Virus record (IMG/VR): IMGVR_UViG_2675903061_000001
Coordinates: 1 to 64,000 of that record
Direction: 5' to 3' (one strand)
Origin: a virus
Taxonomy: Duplodnaviria; Caudoviricetes
DNA: 64,000 nt
Shown here: piece after piece, positions 1 through 9,070 of the stretch
Numbering within the stretch: the stretch's first letter is position 1
Layout of the letters: every line of letters starts with the position of its first letter
Notes under the pieces: model-generated
Databases searched by the model: none
Told to the model about the DNA's origin: nothing
The model's input: only the letters and a program-made list of their open reading frames with translations
Position numbers and translations under genes: made by a program

Positions 1-654
1 CAGCAGGGGGGCGTCGGTGGCGAAGCGGAAGGACTCCACACTCTCGCCCTGGGCACGGCGGCGCATGCGGATGACGATGGAGCGGTCCATGATCGTGTCG
101 GGCAGGTCGCCGATCCCGGCCAGTGCCGCCATGGCGAAGGTGGCGAACTTCACCGGGGTGTGCTCGTTGCCGACGACCCGCAGGGCGGGCCGGTTGCGCT
201 GGTGTCCGGCGTTGAGCAGGCCGCGCAGTTCCTCGTTGCGCTCGGCCGCACGCGGGGAGCCGAAGAGGGTGTCGACTTCATCCACCAGGAGGGTGGGCGG
301 GTTCTTGGCGTCGATGGAGCGGAAGATGGCCGCGGGGCTGGCGTTGACGGTGATCAGCGGGTCGTGCACCGTCTCGATCAGCACTTCCAGCAGGCGGGAC
401 TTCCCGCACCGCTTGAGCGGGCCGACCACCGCCAGACGCGGCGCGTGCTGCCACGCCGGCTGCAGATGGGTGGCGGCCACCCACAGCGTCACCGCCGACA
501 GCGCCTCAGCGCTGGGCAGCACCACATACCGCCGCACCAGCGCGGCCAGATCATCCAGCACCCGCGCCCCATCGGCGGCGGCAACGCCTCCGTCCGGCGC
601 CTGACCGCCGAGCTGGTCCGCCTCTTCCGGAGCGCCTTCGGCGGCGTTCGTCAC
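1..654 (-). CDS. DUF3631-family P-loop protein of integrative elements (3' end outside window)
   Basis: Translated by hand from GTG at 654: MTNAAEG...LWVAATHLQPAWQHAPRLAVVGPLKRCGKSRLLEVL...FAMAALAGIGDLPDTIMDRSIVIRMRRR; Walker A-like GPLKRCGKS. Confidence 0.8.
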   Translation of the reverse strand, partial: MTNAAEGAPEEADQLGGQAPDGGVAAADGARVLDDLAALVRRYVVLPSAEALSAVTLWVAATHLQPAWQHAPRLAVVGPLKRCGKSRLLEVLIETVHDPLITVNASPAAIFRSIDAKNPPTLLVDEVDTLFGSPRAAERNEELRGLLNAGHQRNRPALRVVGNEHTPVKFATFAMAALAGIGDLPDTIMDRSIVIRMRRRAQGESVESFRFATDAPLL

Positions 655-971
655 AGGTCCGGCGTCTGCCGGGGCGGGGGAAGGGGCTGGGTGTATGTCG
701 CTGGTATGCGGGACGCCAGGAGGCGTAGGTTGCACAGGGCAGCTCCTTGTCTGGCGGCAGGGTTTGCGCACCCGTGCCGCTTGCTTCGTGGGTTTCGGGC
801 CATGCAGGGGTTTGCCGGGCCTCCGGCGTTGCGCCGCCGGAGGCCCGCCTCTTCTTCTCGACCGCGTCGCCGGAGTGCGGGCGGCGGACCAGGGACAGTA
901 CGGTCGGCGCTCGCCACAGTCCAGCGAATCTGTGTCAGCTCAGCGCAGAATCCTGAGCACCGGTCTGCCGG

Positions 972-1202
972 TTACGCGGCCAGCCCCAGCAGGGCGAGCA
1001 GGTCGGCCGTGATCACGCGATAGGTGTTGCCCAGGCGCAGGACCTTGCAGGGATACTGGCCCCGCTTGGCCAGCTCGTATCCCTTGCTCCGCCCCAGCCC
1101 GAGAGCCCGGTTGCCGGTCTCCAGGTCAACGGTGGCAGGCAGCGCCAGCAACTCCTCGCGGCCCATGCCCCGTGTCCAGCGTGTGCCAGACCTGTCGGTC
1201 AT
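972..1202 (-). CDS. Excisionase-like DNA-binding protein
   Basis: 76 aa, ELLALPATVDLETGNRALGLGRSKGYELAKRGQYP; divergent from repressor/integrase. Confidence 0.75.
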   Translation of the reverse strand: MTDRSGTRWTRGMGREELLALPATVDLETGNRALGLGRSKGYELAKRGQYPCKVLRLGNTYRVITADLLALLGLAA

Positions 1203-1283
1203 ACGTGCTCCTCACAACTGAGCCCTCGGCGAACGTGGCCCTCACGTCCGTCTCCAGGCGTCGTAACTACTGTGAATAGAGCT

Positions 1284-1304
1284 ACTGTGTCTTCATGACA
1301 CAGT
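1284..1304. promoter_or_regulatory. Palindromic operator overlapping the repressor start codon
   Basis: ACTGTGTC-ttcat-GACACAGT inverted repeat; extra CTACTGTG half-site at ~1267. Confidence 0.6.
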
Positions 1305-1996
1305 CACGCTTGGACGATGGAAGTGATGACGAAGACGATGTTCCGGAGTGGGCGGACCAGGTCCACGCCACGGTGGCCCGCGAGGTGCGGCGGCGCAGGA
1401 AGGAACTGGGCATGAGTGCTCAGGACCTGGCCAACGCGTGCGACGAGATCGGATATCCCATCCCGCGCAACGTGATCGCCAACATGGAGTCGGGCAGGCG
1501 GGCGTCCATCCCCCTGGTCGAGCTCATGGTCCTGGCGAGAGCGCTGCACACGTATCCGATCTGCCTGCTCTACCCGGTCGGGTATGTCGAGGAGGTCCAG
1601 CGCCTGCCGTTCCTCTATCCGGAGCCGACCTGGGAGGCCATGCAGTGGTTCACCGGGGACGCCACGCGCGAGGTGCACACGGAGGACGAGATGCTGCGCT
1701 GGTTCCGGGACCACATCGACCACCAGCGCATCGCCCTCGCCGCGTTGGAGAACGCGGAACGCGAGCAGTGGCGGGCCGAGACCGCGAGCAACCCGGTCCA
1801 GCGCGAAGAAGCGCTGCGCGCCCAGGCGCAGTACGCGGAACGGGCCACCCTCGCCAAGTACCGGCTCCGTCGCCTCCGCGCCTTCATCCGCGAGGACGGC
1901 GGAACCCCACCACCCCTGCCGGCAGCCCTCGCCGACGTCGACCCCCTCACCGTCGACCCCTTCACCCCTGAAACCAGCCTGGAGGACCGCCTTTGA
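1295..1996 (+). CDS. XRE-family repressor
   Basis: N-terminal HTH (VRRRRKELGMSAQDLA...NVIANMESGRR); stop overlaps integrase start. Confidence 0.85.
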   Translation: MTQSRLDDGSDDEDDVPEWADQVHATVAREVRRRRKELGMSAQDLANACDEIGYPIPRNVIANMESGRRASIPLVELMVLARALHTYPICLLYPVGYVEEVQRLPFLYPEPTWEAMQWFTGDATREVHTEDEMLRWFRDHIDHQRIALAALENAEREQWRAETASNPVQREEALRAQAQYAERATLAKYRLRRLRAFIREDGGTPPPLPAALADVDPLTVDPFTPETSLEDRL

Positions 1997-3537
1997 AGGG
2001 CTCCACCCACCGCCGCTGCTACTGCCGCGATCCCAGGACCGGGAAGCCGCTCGGCAAGAAGTGCCCCAAACTCGCCAGCCGCAAGCACGGCTACTACTCC
2101 ATCCGCCAGGAGCTGCCTCCCCGCGAGGACGGCACCCGCCGGTCCTTCAGCCGCGCCGGGTACGAGACGCTCAAGGCGGCCCAGGCCGACCTCAACCACC
2201 TCCGGGCCCTTCTCAATCTCCCGGACCCCGAGGATCCCGAGGACATTGCCCGGCTCGTGGCGCTGCTGGAGGAAGTCGCGGAGAAGAAGGCGCCTTTGCC
2301 GGATGTCGAGGAGACACGTCGGCGTCTACGGGCCGGCCTGGACCTCACGGGCCGGCACACGGTGGGCGAGTGGCTGGACCAGTGGCTGGCGTCCAAGAAG
2401 ACCCGCAGGACGACCACCAACGGCTACGCCTCCCACGTCCGTGTCCACCTCAAGCCGCAACTCGGCAACATACGCCTCGACCGACTCAACGTCGGCCACC
2501 TCGTGCGAATGTTCGACGCCATAGCCGACGCCAACGAGGTGATCGCGGCCGAGAACCTCGCCCGCCGGGAACAGATCGCGAGGTGCAAGCCCAGCAAGCC
2601 GGGACGTCCCGTGGCGACGGAGCGCGCGCGGCTCGCGGCCGAACGGGCCAAGCTCGCCACGATGCCCCCGTTCCGCCGGACAACCGGCCCCGCCACCCGC
2701 CAGGCCATCCGACGCACCCTGCGGGCAGCGCTCAACGCGGCGATCAGCCGACAGCTCATCACCTTCAACCCGGCGGCCCACGTCGAGCTGGAGTCCGGCA
2801 AGCGCCCCAAGCCCTTGCTGTGGACCGAGCAGCGGGTGGCTCGCTGGCGTATCACCGGCGAGAAACCCTCAGCCGTGATGGTCTGGACACCGGAGCAGTT
2901 CGGTGCCTTCCTCGACGCGGCCCAGGACGACCGCCTGTACGCGTTCTTCCACCTCTCCGGCACACGTGGCCTGCGGCGCGGCGAAGCAGTGGGCCAGGAC
3001 TGGACCGATGTCGACCTGGACGCGGGACTGATCACGCCATCCAAGGAGATCGTCGTCGACGGCTGGGACCCCTACGAATCCGCCCCCAAAACGGACGGCA
3101 GCGCCAGCACCATCGCCCTCGACAGCCTGAATGTCGCCGTGCTCCGCGAACACCGCAGGCGCCAGCTCAGGGAGAAGGAGGAGTGGGGGCCGGCCTGGCA
3201 GGACACCGGCAAGGTGTTCACGCGAGAAGACGGCTCCTGGCTCCACCCGGAGATGGTCTCGGACACCTTCCGCCGCATCCTCGCGGGCACCGACCTGCCA
3301 CCCATCACCCTGCGCGACCTCCGGCACGTCTCCGCGACACTCACCCACGCCGGCGGCGGTGACCTGCACACGATCAAGGAGACGCTCCGGCACTCCACGA
3401 TCACCCTGACCTCGGACACTTACACCAGCCTGCTCCCCGAGGTCGACCGGAACGCCGCCGAAGCCGCAGCCCGTCTGATCCCCCGCTCCCGGCCACCCGC
3501 AGACGAAACGGACGACGAAGAAAGCCAGTCGGCGTAA
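1993..3537 (+). CDS. int: Tyrosine recombinase/integrase
   Basis: GLRRGE, LRDLRH, LRHSTITLTSDTY catalytic motifs. Confidence 0.95.
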   Translation: MKGSTHRRCYCRDPRTGKPLGKKCPKLASRKHGYYSIRQELPPREDGTRRSFSRAGYETLKAAQADLNHLRALLNLPDPEDPEDIARLVALLEEVAEKKAPLPDVEETRRRLRAGLDLTGRHTVGEWLDQWLASKKTRRTTTNGYASHVRVHLKPQLGNIRLDRLNVGHLVRMFDAIADANEVIAAENLARREQIARCKPSKPGRPVATERARLAAERAKLATMPPFRRTTGPATRQAIRRTLRAALNAAISRQLITFNPAAHVELESGKRPKPLLWTEQRVARWRITGEKPSAVMVWTPEQFGAFLDAAQDDRLYAFFHLSGTRGLRRGEAVGQDWTDVDLDAGLITPSKEIVVDGWDPYESAPKTDGSASTIALDSLNVAVLREHRRRQLREKEEWGPAWQDTGKVFTREDGSWLHPEMVSDTFRRILAGTDLPPITLRDLRHVSATLTHAGGGDLHTIKETLRHSTITLTSDTYTSLLPEVDRNAAEAAARLIPRSRPPADETDDEESQSA

Positions 3538-3542
3538 ACCCT

Positions 3543-3584
3543 CGGTGGGGGGAGCGTCCGGGAAGCCGGGCGCTCCCCCCACCG
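3543..3584 (+). terminator. GC-rich hairpin after integrase
   Basis: CGGTGGGGGGAGCG ... CGCTCCCCCCACCG inverted repeat. Confidence 0.7.
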
Positions 3585-3671
3585 GGGTCGGCACCAAGCC
3601 GTCCGCCACCGAGAAGCACCACTTGCCCGGTTCCCGCACCCTGCGCCATCCCGCCGTGACACCCTCGGTGC

Positions 3672-4172
3672 GTGGGACGAAACAGTCAACGCCGCCGCAA
3701 TGCCCGCGCTGGGCGGAGCACCGCCGTCAGCGCCCCGGATCTCTCCGAGATCTCCCGTGTCCGAACGGCCAAACGCCTGCGGGCCGATATAGCCACCTGG
3801 CTCCAGAACCCGGAACAGGGACCAGGGGCGTCCTTCCTCGACGAAGAAGGCCCCTCCGACCCCCTGATGGTCTTCAGCACCCTCATCCACTGGCTCGTCG
3901 CGGCCCGCGAACAGATCACCGAGGAGCAGGCCCGGGAGGCCGTCCAGTGGGTCTCGGACACGCTCAGGGTCGCGCAGGACGACCTCGTGTACGCCGCCGG
4001 GCTCATCGGGCACCCCGACGCGCCTCCGGTCACCCTCAACGAGGGCATGGAGCACTACGGCGAGAACCCGTTGACCTTCGTGCTGTACATGCTGCTGCTG
4101 AGCGGCGCCCTGGTGGCCACGGTCGGCGACGGCAACCCGGACTGGCTCCGGCAGTTCGATCTGGCCGGCTGA
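3672..4172 (+). CDS. Hypothetical cargo protein
   Basis: 166 aa, typical codon usage, hydrophobic C-terminal segment. Confidence 0.65.
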   Translation: MGRNSQRRRNARAGRSTAVSAPDLSEISRVRTAKRLRADIATWLQNPEQGPGASFLDEEGPSDPLMVFSTLIHWLVAAREQITEEQAREAVQWVSDTLRVAQDDLVYAAGLIGHPDAPPVTLNEGMEHYGENPLTFVLYMLLLSGALVATVGDGNPDWLRQFDLAG

Positions 4173-4173
4173 C

Positions 4174-4311
4174 TCCGCCGCCGGCGTGGCCGCGCTCGCC
4201 ACAGTGCTGACCGCCGTGGCCGCCTCCGGCGCCGGACCGGACGGCCCGGGCCTGACCGAGACCGCGGTACCCCGCGCGTCCCGGCTGCGCGGCTACCTGG
4301 ACCGGCGGTGA
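4174..4311 (+). pseudogene. 3' fragment of phage r1t-type holin
   Basis: Reads SAAGVAALATVLTAVAASGAGPDGPGLTETAVPRASRLRGYLDRR*; no upstream holin N-terminus; GTGA-coupled to next gene. Confidence 0.7.
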
Positions 4312-4613
4312 CCGAGGCCGGGGAGGGCAGGATCGCGCAGGAGCTGGGCCGAGTCCATGACGTCCTCGATGTCCTCCGCGAGGCCGTGGGGGAGGTCAAG
4401 ACGCTGTGCGCGGTACTCGTGTCCCGGTCGGATCGCACCGAGCGGGATGTTCGTGACCTCCGGCGCGAAATGGAGGAGGAGACCGGCGCGATCCGCCAGG
4501 AGATGGAGGAGCTGAAGCGGGGCCAGTGGATACGCGTCGGATGGGCTGCCGGCGCGGGGACCGTGTTCGGCGGCGTCGGGACCTACGTCGTACAGGCTGT
4601 GCTGGGCGCCTGA
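4308..4613 (+). CDS. Phage lysis-region coiled-coil protein with C-terminal TM helix
   Basis: 101 aa; coupled to holin remnant; ends GWAAGAGTVFGGVGTYVVQAVLGA. Confidence 0.7.
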   Translation: MTEAGEGRIAQELGRVHDVLDVLREAVGEVKTLCAVLVSRSDRTERDVRDLRREMEEETGAIRQEMEELKRGQWIRVGWAAGAGTVFGGVGTYVVQAVLGA

Positions 4614-4664
4614 ACGCCCTACAGTGGCACCTCCGGGGGTCAGCCGGCGGGGTCCAACCCCGAA

Positions 4665-4706
4665 CGCCCCCCTGTCCTCCTTCGGGAGAGCAGGGGGGCG
4701 CTTTTC
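4665..4706 (+). terminator. Rho-independent terminator ending late operon
   Basis: CGCCCCCCTG..TTCG..CAGGGGGGCG followed by CTTTTCG. Confidence 0.75.
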
Positions 4707-4718
4707 GTGTGCCCGGGC

Positions 4719-4916
4719 TCAGTCGGCGCCGCCACCGCAGCACAGGCACGGGATGGACACCGGGCCGTCCTTGGTGGCCATGACGGTGACGCCGCCGCCG
4801 GGGCACCAGCCGCGGCCCGGCTGGGGCTTCCGCCGCTTCTTCTTCACCTGGTGCAGTCGGGCGCGCATCTCAGCGGCGGCGGCCGACCGCTGCTCAGGCC
4901 CTGGGCTGGTGCTCAT
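4719..4916 (-). CDS. Small Cys-containing hypothetical protein
   Basis: 65 aa, WCPGGG...CLCCGGG. Confidence 0.55.
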   Translation of the reverse strand: MSTSPGPEQRSAAAAEMRARLHQVKKKRRKPQPGRGWCPGGGVTVMATKDGPVSIPCLCCGGGAD

Positions 4917-4933
4917 GCTCGCAGCCTACGGGC

Positions 4934-5440
4934 CTAGTGGCCCGGTCCGGACCCGTTCGAGCTGGAGTCACACTGCGGGGTCTCGCACGGGTGGTCCTCG
5001 CATTTCGGCGGGAGGTGCTGGCAGTCTGCGGACACCGTGATGGTGGTGTCCGTGGACGGGCGCCACAGCTCCGGGTCCGGCGGGTAGCCGGCGGCCTCCA
5101 TGGCGGCGCGGGTGCGCTCCAGGATGTCCGTCGGGCCCGAGGCGTCACCGGGCTGCGGGACATGGTGCACATGCCGGCCGAGGTCCGCGCACAGCTGGGC
5201 GTAGGTGCGGGTGTGCAGGATCAGGGCGTGCCAGCCCTCATCGACCACCCGGGAAGGGGCCATGGTGTGCTCGGTCACCGCCGAGGTGGCCACGAACTTC
5301 AGGGCCTCGGCCACGATCCGCTCGGCGGTCTCCTGGTCCAGGCCCGGGTTGGCGCGCAGCACGGTGCCGACGACGGCCGCGAACTCCTCGGCGGTGATGA
5401 GTGCCCGGGGGTCGGCCCGGTCTACGGTAGGTGTGCTCAC
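4934..5440 (-). CDS. Glycine-rich-domain (GRDP/DUF1399-like) protein
   Basis: PSRVVDEGWHALILHTRTYAQLC...HHVP motif; RBS GAGGAGG before GTG at 5440. Confidence 0.75.
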   Translation of the reverse strand: MSTPTVDRADPRALITAEEFAAVVGTVLRANPGLDQETAERIVAEALKFVATSAVTEHTMAPSRVVDEGWHALILHTRTYAQLCADLGRHVHHVPQPGDASGPTDILERTRAAMEAAGYPPDPELWRPSTDTTITVSADCQHLPPKCEDHPCETPQCDSSSNGSGPGH

Positions 5441-5592
5441 TGCATCCTCCTCGTGAGATGTGGTGATGCACCGCCCCGGCGCCTGTTCCTGGCAGGGAGA
5501 GCGCCGGGGCGGCACGGTGCCCGTGCCGGACTTGGCACGGGAGCTGAAGGGCCGCCCGCCCGCGCCCCAGTGCAGCGGGCGGACGGCCCGGT

Positions 5593-5832
5593 CTATCGGG
5601 GGATGGCCGCGTCGCGGTCGCGCTCGGCGAGCTGCTGCTCGCCTGCGCGCGCCAGCCGTTCGGCGCACTCGGCGCAGACCAGCAGAGCGGCGGTGCCCTG
5701 GGGCAGCATCAGCGGGCCGAGCCAGTGCAGGGCGGCGGCCGTCCGGCCGCACCACAGCATGCAGGGGCCGGTCTGCTGCATGTCGGCGCCCGGCGGGCGC
5801 AGCGACGTGCGGACCCGGGCCGCGGTGCTCAT
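5593..5832 (-). CDS. Small Zn-finger-like hypothetical protein
   Basis: CMLWC...CAEC; ATGA coupling with upstream gene. Confidence 0.6.
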   Translation of the reverse strand: MSTAARVRTSLRPPGADMQQTGPCMLWCGRTAAALHWLGPLMLPQGTAALLVCAECAERLARAGEQQLAERDRDAAIPR

Positions 5833-6239
5833 GACGCGGCCGGCCCGGGCCCGGGGCTGACGGACTCCGTGGCGCCCCGGTGTGCGTCGAACAGCACGCG
5901 GGCGACGGGGCAGCCGGGTCCGTCGGTGGTGCCGCGGCAGGGGTCGCAGCGCAGGGTGTGGTCCATCAGCGCGGCCCACAGCCCGGCCCGGTCCAGGTAC
6001 CGGGCCGCGTCCTCGGGGCAGGTGTAGACGGTCCAGCCCGGCCCGCTGTTCTGATGCACGCTGCCGACCGCGATCGGGGTGTCGGTCATCTCCTTGCAGT
6101 GCGCGCACATCCGGCGGCCGGGAACCACGGGACGGGCGGGGTCGTGGCCCTCGGGGCCGTCACCGGCGGCAGCATCCGCGAGGAGTGCGCGCCGGGCGGC
6201 CTGGCCGGGTGACCGGCCGGGAAGAGATCGGGGAGACAT
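5829..6239 (-). CDS. Cys-rich hypothetical protein
   Basis: CAHC...VHQNSGPGWTVYTC, CDPC motifs; start uncertain. Confidence 0.6.
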   Translation of the reverse strand: MSPRSLPGRSPGQAARRALLADAAAGDGPEGHDPARPVVPGRRMCAHCKEMTDTPIAVGSVHQNSGPGWTVYTCPEDAARYLDRAGLWAALMDHTLRCDPCRGTTDGPGCPVARVLFDAHRGATESVSPGPGPAAS

Positions 6240-6374
6240 GGGGACGCTCCAGTGATGGGACGTGTACGGTCCGTCTCCACCGACCGTATGGGCGGCGCGA
6301 GCCACGTCTCAATGGCCAGCCGATAGCAGTCTGACCAGACCTCACGCCGAAGTGCTACAACGCCTGTTCGCGGC

Positions 6375-7538
6375 TCAGGCCCGAAGCCTGACCGCCCGGG
6401 CCAGCGCCTGCATCTGAGGCGTCAGTCTGCGCCGCCTGGCCACCACCTCGGCCATGATGTCCGTGGCATACCGCTGCTGGGACAGCCACTCAGGCGCCTG
6501 CTCCCAGATTTCCCACAGGGTTCCCACCGCCTCGTCCCGCTGCCGAAGCTGCGCCTGGGCGCTGGCGACGTCCAGCAGGTGACGCCGACCCGAGTTGCCG
6601 TTCTTGGCATCCCGGGGGATGCCCTCGGCGATGGACAGCACCTGCTCCGGCCGTTCTCGGACAGCTGCGCACTCGGCGGCCTTGTACTGCACGTTGATGA
6701 CGCTGAACGTCAACTCGGGGTCCTCCGGGTGCCCTTCCATGGCCTCGGCAGCCACCCGAGCCCACCGAAGGGCGGTACGGACTTCGCCGCGGCGGTTGTC
6801 GCGGGCCGCCGCAGCGGCGACGTACATGAGCATCCAGCCCCAGGCGGCCAACTCCTCCGGGGTGGCCCGCGTGATACGTCGCGGCTCGATCTCATCGGCC
6901 CAGCGGACCGCGAGTTCTCGGGCCTCGGCGAGCTGCCCGCGGCGGAGGTGCAGCCAGCACTGGTTCTTGACGATGGTGGCGGCCTGGGTGTGCGACTGGG
7001 CAGCGTCCAGGGTGGATTCCACGACGGTTTCGGCGATGTCGAATTGCCGGTGCTGCACGAGCACACTGCCGACGAGCTGCATCAGCCGGGTGTGCACCGC
7101 CTGCCCCTCTGGCTCCAGGCCGGCCAGCGTCTGGGCGTCACGGATGAGCGGCGGGAGGGCGGCGGCCAGCTCGGCGTATTCGGCATGCCGCGAGTGCAGT
7201 ACGGCCGCCCGGAGTGCCTGCCGAACTCCGGCGACCGAGGGGGGTTCGTCCACCGGGTCCTCGGGGCGGGTCAGTGCCCGGATCGTGGGCTGCCACATCT
7301 GTGTCGTGTCCAGGTCGGCGCCGTGCTCTGGGCCCTGGGTCATCAGCCGGGTGGTGGGGATGCGGAGCGCTCGGGCAAGTCGGTGCGCGGTCTCCAGCCT
7401 GGCGGTGCTGTGGGCTCCTTGCTCCAGCTTCCGGACGGTCGCCACGGAAACCCCGGCTGCCCTCGCCAGTTCCGTTTGCGTCAGGCCGGCGATGACTCGC
7501 GCATTGCGCAGACGCTCTCCAAAGGTGTTGCCGGGCAT
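6375..7538 (-). CDS. XRE HTH regulator with C-terminal TPR-like sensor domain
   Basis: GERLRNARVIAGLTQTELARAAGVSVATVRKLEQG; helical C-terminus ending APEWLSQQ. Confidence 0.9.
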   Translation of the reverse strand: MPGNTFGERLRNARVIAGLTQTELARAAGVSVATVRKLEQGAHSTARLETAHRLARALRIPTTRLMTQGPEHGADLDTTQMWQPTIRALTRPEDPVDEPPSVAGVRQALRAAVLHSRHAEYAELAAALPPLIRDAQTLAGLEPEGQAVHTRLMQLVGSVLVQHRQFDIAETVVESTLDAAQSHTQAATIVKNQCWLHLRRGQLAEARELAVRWADEIEPRRITRATPEELAAWGWMLMYVAAAAARDNRRGEVRTALRWARVAAEAMEGHPEDPELTFSVINVQYKAAECAAVRERPEQVLSIAEGIPRDAKNGNSGRRHLLDVASAQAQLRQRDEAVGTLWEIWEQAPEWLSQQRYATDIMAEVVARRRRLTPQMQALARAVRLRA

Positions 7539-7772
7539 GGTTCAATGCCTCTCGTCTGACCGTTCGTGGCTCGCACTTCGGACGGTACCGCCGGAGTACG
7601 GCCGGCGGGTAGCGAACGGCCCCCGCGGGATCACCCGCAGGGGCCGTTGCGCTGCGTCCGGTATAGGCGGTATAGGCGTTTCAGCCGTGGCGGTGGCGTT
7701 CGGGGTACCACCAGCCGCACACCTGGCAGTAGAACGTCTCCCAGGCCCGGCGGACGGCGGTGAAGCGGCGGT

Positions 7773-8411
7773 TCATGCGCTCTTCAACCCCTCTCGCTCG
7801 CCACTCTCGGCCCGAGAACTCCGCTGGTCAGGGCCGCTCTCGGTGGCCTGGGAGGGGCAACTCTCGCCCGGGGGAGGGGAGGCGTTGAGCAGCTGCTCGA
7901 CGGCCGCCCGTCGGACGCCGGACCGGCCCGCCACACCGGCCACCGTCAGGGACCGCTCCACAGGCACGCCGTAGTGCGCCAGGGCGGCGCGCAGCTCGGG
8001 GTCCGACAGGTGCGCGAGGGCGGGCCGATCACGCAGCCGCGCGTACAGCGGTCTCAGGTGGATGCCGTTGGCCTGGCCGATCTCGGCGAGCAGCCACCGC
8101 AGCAGCACCCGCCGGCGGGCGGCGCAGGGCACGGTCTCGGCGCGCTCCTGGCCGTCGTCCTGCGGCCAGGCTCCGGCGCGCCAGCACGCCGCCGCGTACA
8201 GGGTGGTGGCCGGCCACATCAGGGCGGGGGCGTAGTGCGCGGTGGCCAGCGCTGCCCACGCCAGGCCCAGCACGGCGGGTGAGCGGACCAGGCCGGGCGG
8301 TACCCGGTGGCCGGGCAGCCGCCCGGGCGCGGCCCAGTCCCCCAGGGCGGCCCACAGCTCGGCGTGCCCGTCCGCCAGCCGGTCCGCGGCCCGGCGGTGC
8401 CAGGCGGTCAC
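7773..8411 (-). CDS. Membrane protein with C-terminal winged-HTH-like domain (transfer/spread operon)
   Basis: Two hydrophobic helices, then GIHLRPLY...LRAALAHYGVPV...GRSGVRRAAV. Confidence 0.6.
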   Translation of the reverse strand: MTAWHRRAADRLADGHAELWAALGDWAAPGRLPGHRVPPGLVRSPAVLGLAWAALATAHYAPALMWPATTLYAAACWRAGAWPQDDGQERAETVPCAARRRVLLRWLLAEIGQANGIHLRPLYARLRDRPALAHLSDPELRAALAHYGVPVERSLTVAGVAGRSGVRRAAVEQLLNASPPPGESCPSQATESGPDQRSSRAESGEREGLKSA

Positions 8412-8908
8412 AGCAGGCCCGCGATCAGGTCGCCGGGGATGTTCACGGCCGGGGCCAGCACCACCGCGGCCCATCCGGCGATCCCGCCGGACAGCCCCAG
8501 GCAGATGCCGGTGATGATGCCGGCCGGGACGCGCCGCCCGCGCAGCTTCCCCGAGAACTTCCAGATGCCGGCCAGCACGACCGTGGCGAGGAGGACCAGG
8601 ACGTGGCCGCCGGGGGTGAGGGTGAGCGGGGAGGAGCGGGTGACGTCCGGCGCGGTGCCCCCGACGCCGTACTCAAGGGCCGCCGCCCCGGCGGTGTTGC
8701 CGCCCCACAGGGCGACTCCGGCGACGGCGCCGAGCAGGCCGCCGGTGGACAGCACGATCAGGATGCCGTAGCAGGCGGACAGCAGGTAGGGGGCGATCGC
8801 GGCGGGCTTGTGCTTGTCGCGCATCCACCAGGCCGTCAGGGTCCAGGCCAGGATGCACAGTCCGATGGTGACGCCGCCGAGGCCGACGGCGCGGGTGGTG
8901 AAGTCCAT
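8408..8908 (-). CDS. Multi-pass membrane protein (Spd-like)
   Basis: 166 aa, 4-5 hydrophobic segments, coupled operon. Confidence 0.75.
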   Translation of the reverse strand: MDFTTRAVGLGGVTIGLCILAWTLTAWWMRDKHKPAAIAPYLLSACYGILIVLSTGGLLGAVAGVALWGGNTAGAAALEYGVGGTAPDVTRSSPLTLTPGGHVLVLLATVVLAGIWKFSGKLRGRRVPAGIITGICLGLSGGIAGWAAVVLAPAVNIPGDLIAGLL

Positions 8909-8920
8909 GAGGGTGCTGCC

Positions 8921-9067
8921 TTAAGGGAGTACGGCCGCGATACCGGCGGCGCAGAGCAGGATGAAGACGGTCGTGGCGAGGACGGGGGCGACGGCGGTGC
9001 GCTCCACGGCGGCCAGGCCCAGCAGCCCGGCCGCTGCGGTCAGCGCCCACCCGATGGCGGGCCACAC
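8921..9067 (-). CDS. Small two-TM protein (not in ORF track)
   Basis: MWPAIGWALTAAAGLLGLAAVERTAVAPVLATTVFILLCAAGIAAVLP* fills the gap between operon genes. Confidence 0.65.
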   Translation of the reverse strand: MWPAIGWALTAAAGLLGLAAVERTAVAPVLATTVFILLCAAGIAAVLP

Positions 9068-9070
9068 GGG

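Larger units (their letters stand above)
1..4172. mobile_element. Right part of an AICE/satellite-like integrative element (extends left of window)
   Basis: DUF3631-like gene, xis-like gene, divergent XRE repressor coupled to a tyrosine integrase, then one cargo gene. Holin-like sequence begins abruptly at ~4174. Confidence 0.75.

Noticed and set aside
1584-3362. 592-aa plus-strand ORF overlapping repressor and integrase
   Set aside because: Arg/Pro-rich off-frame read-through typical of GC-rich DNA.
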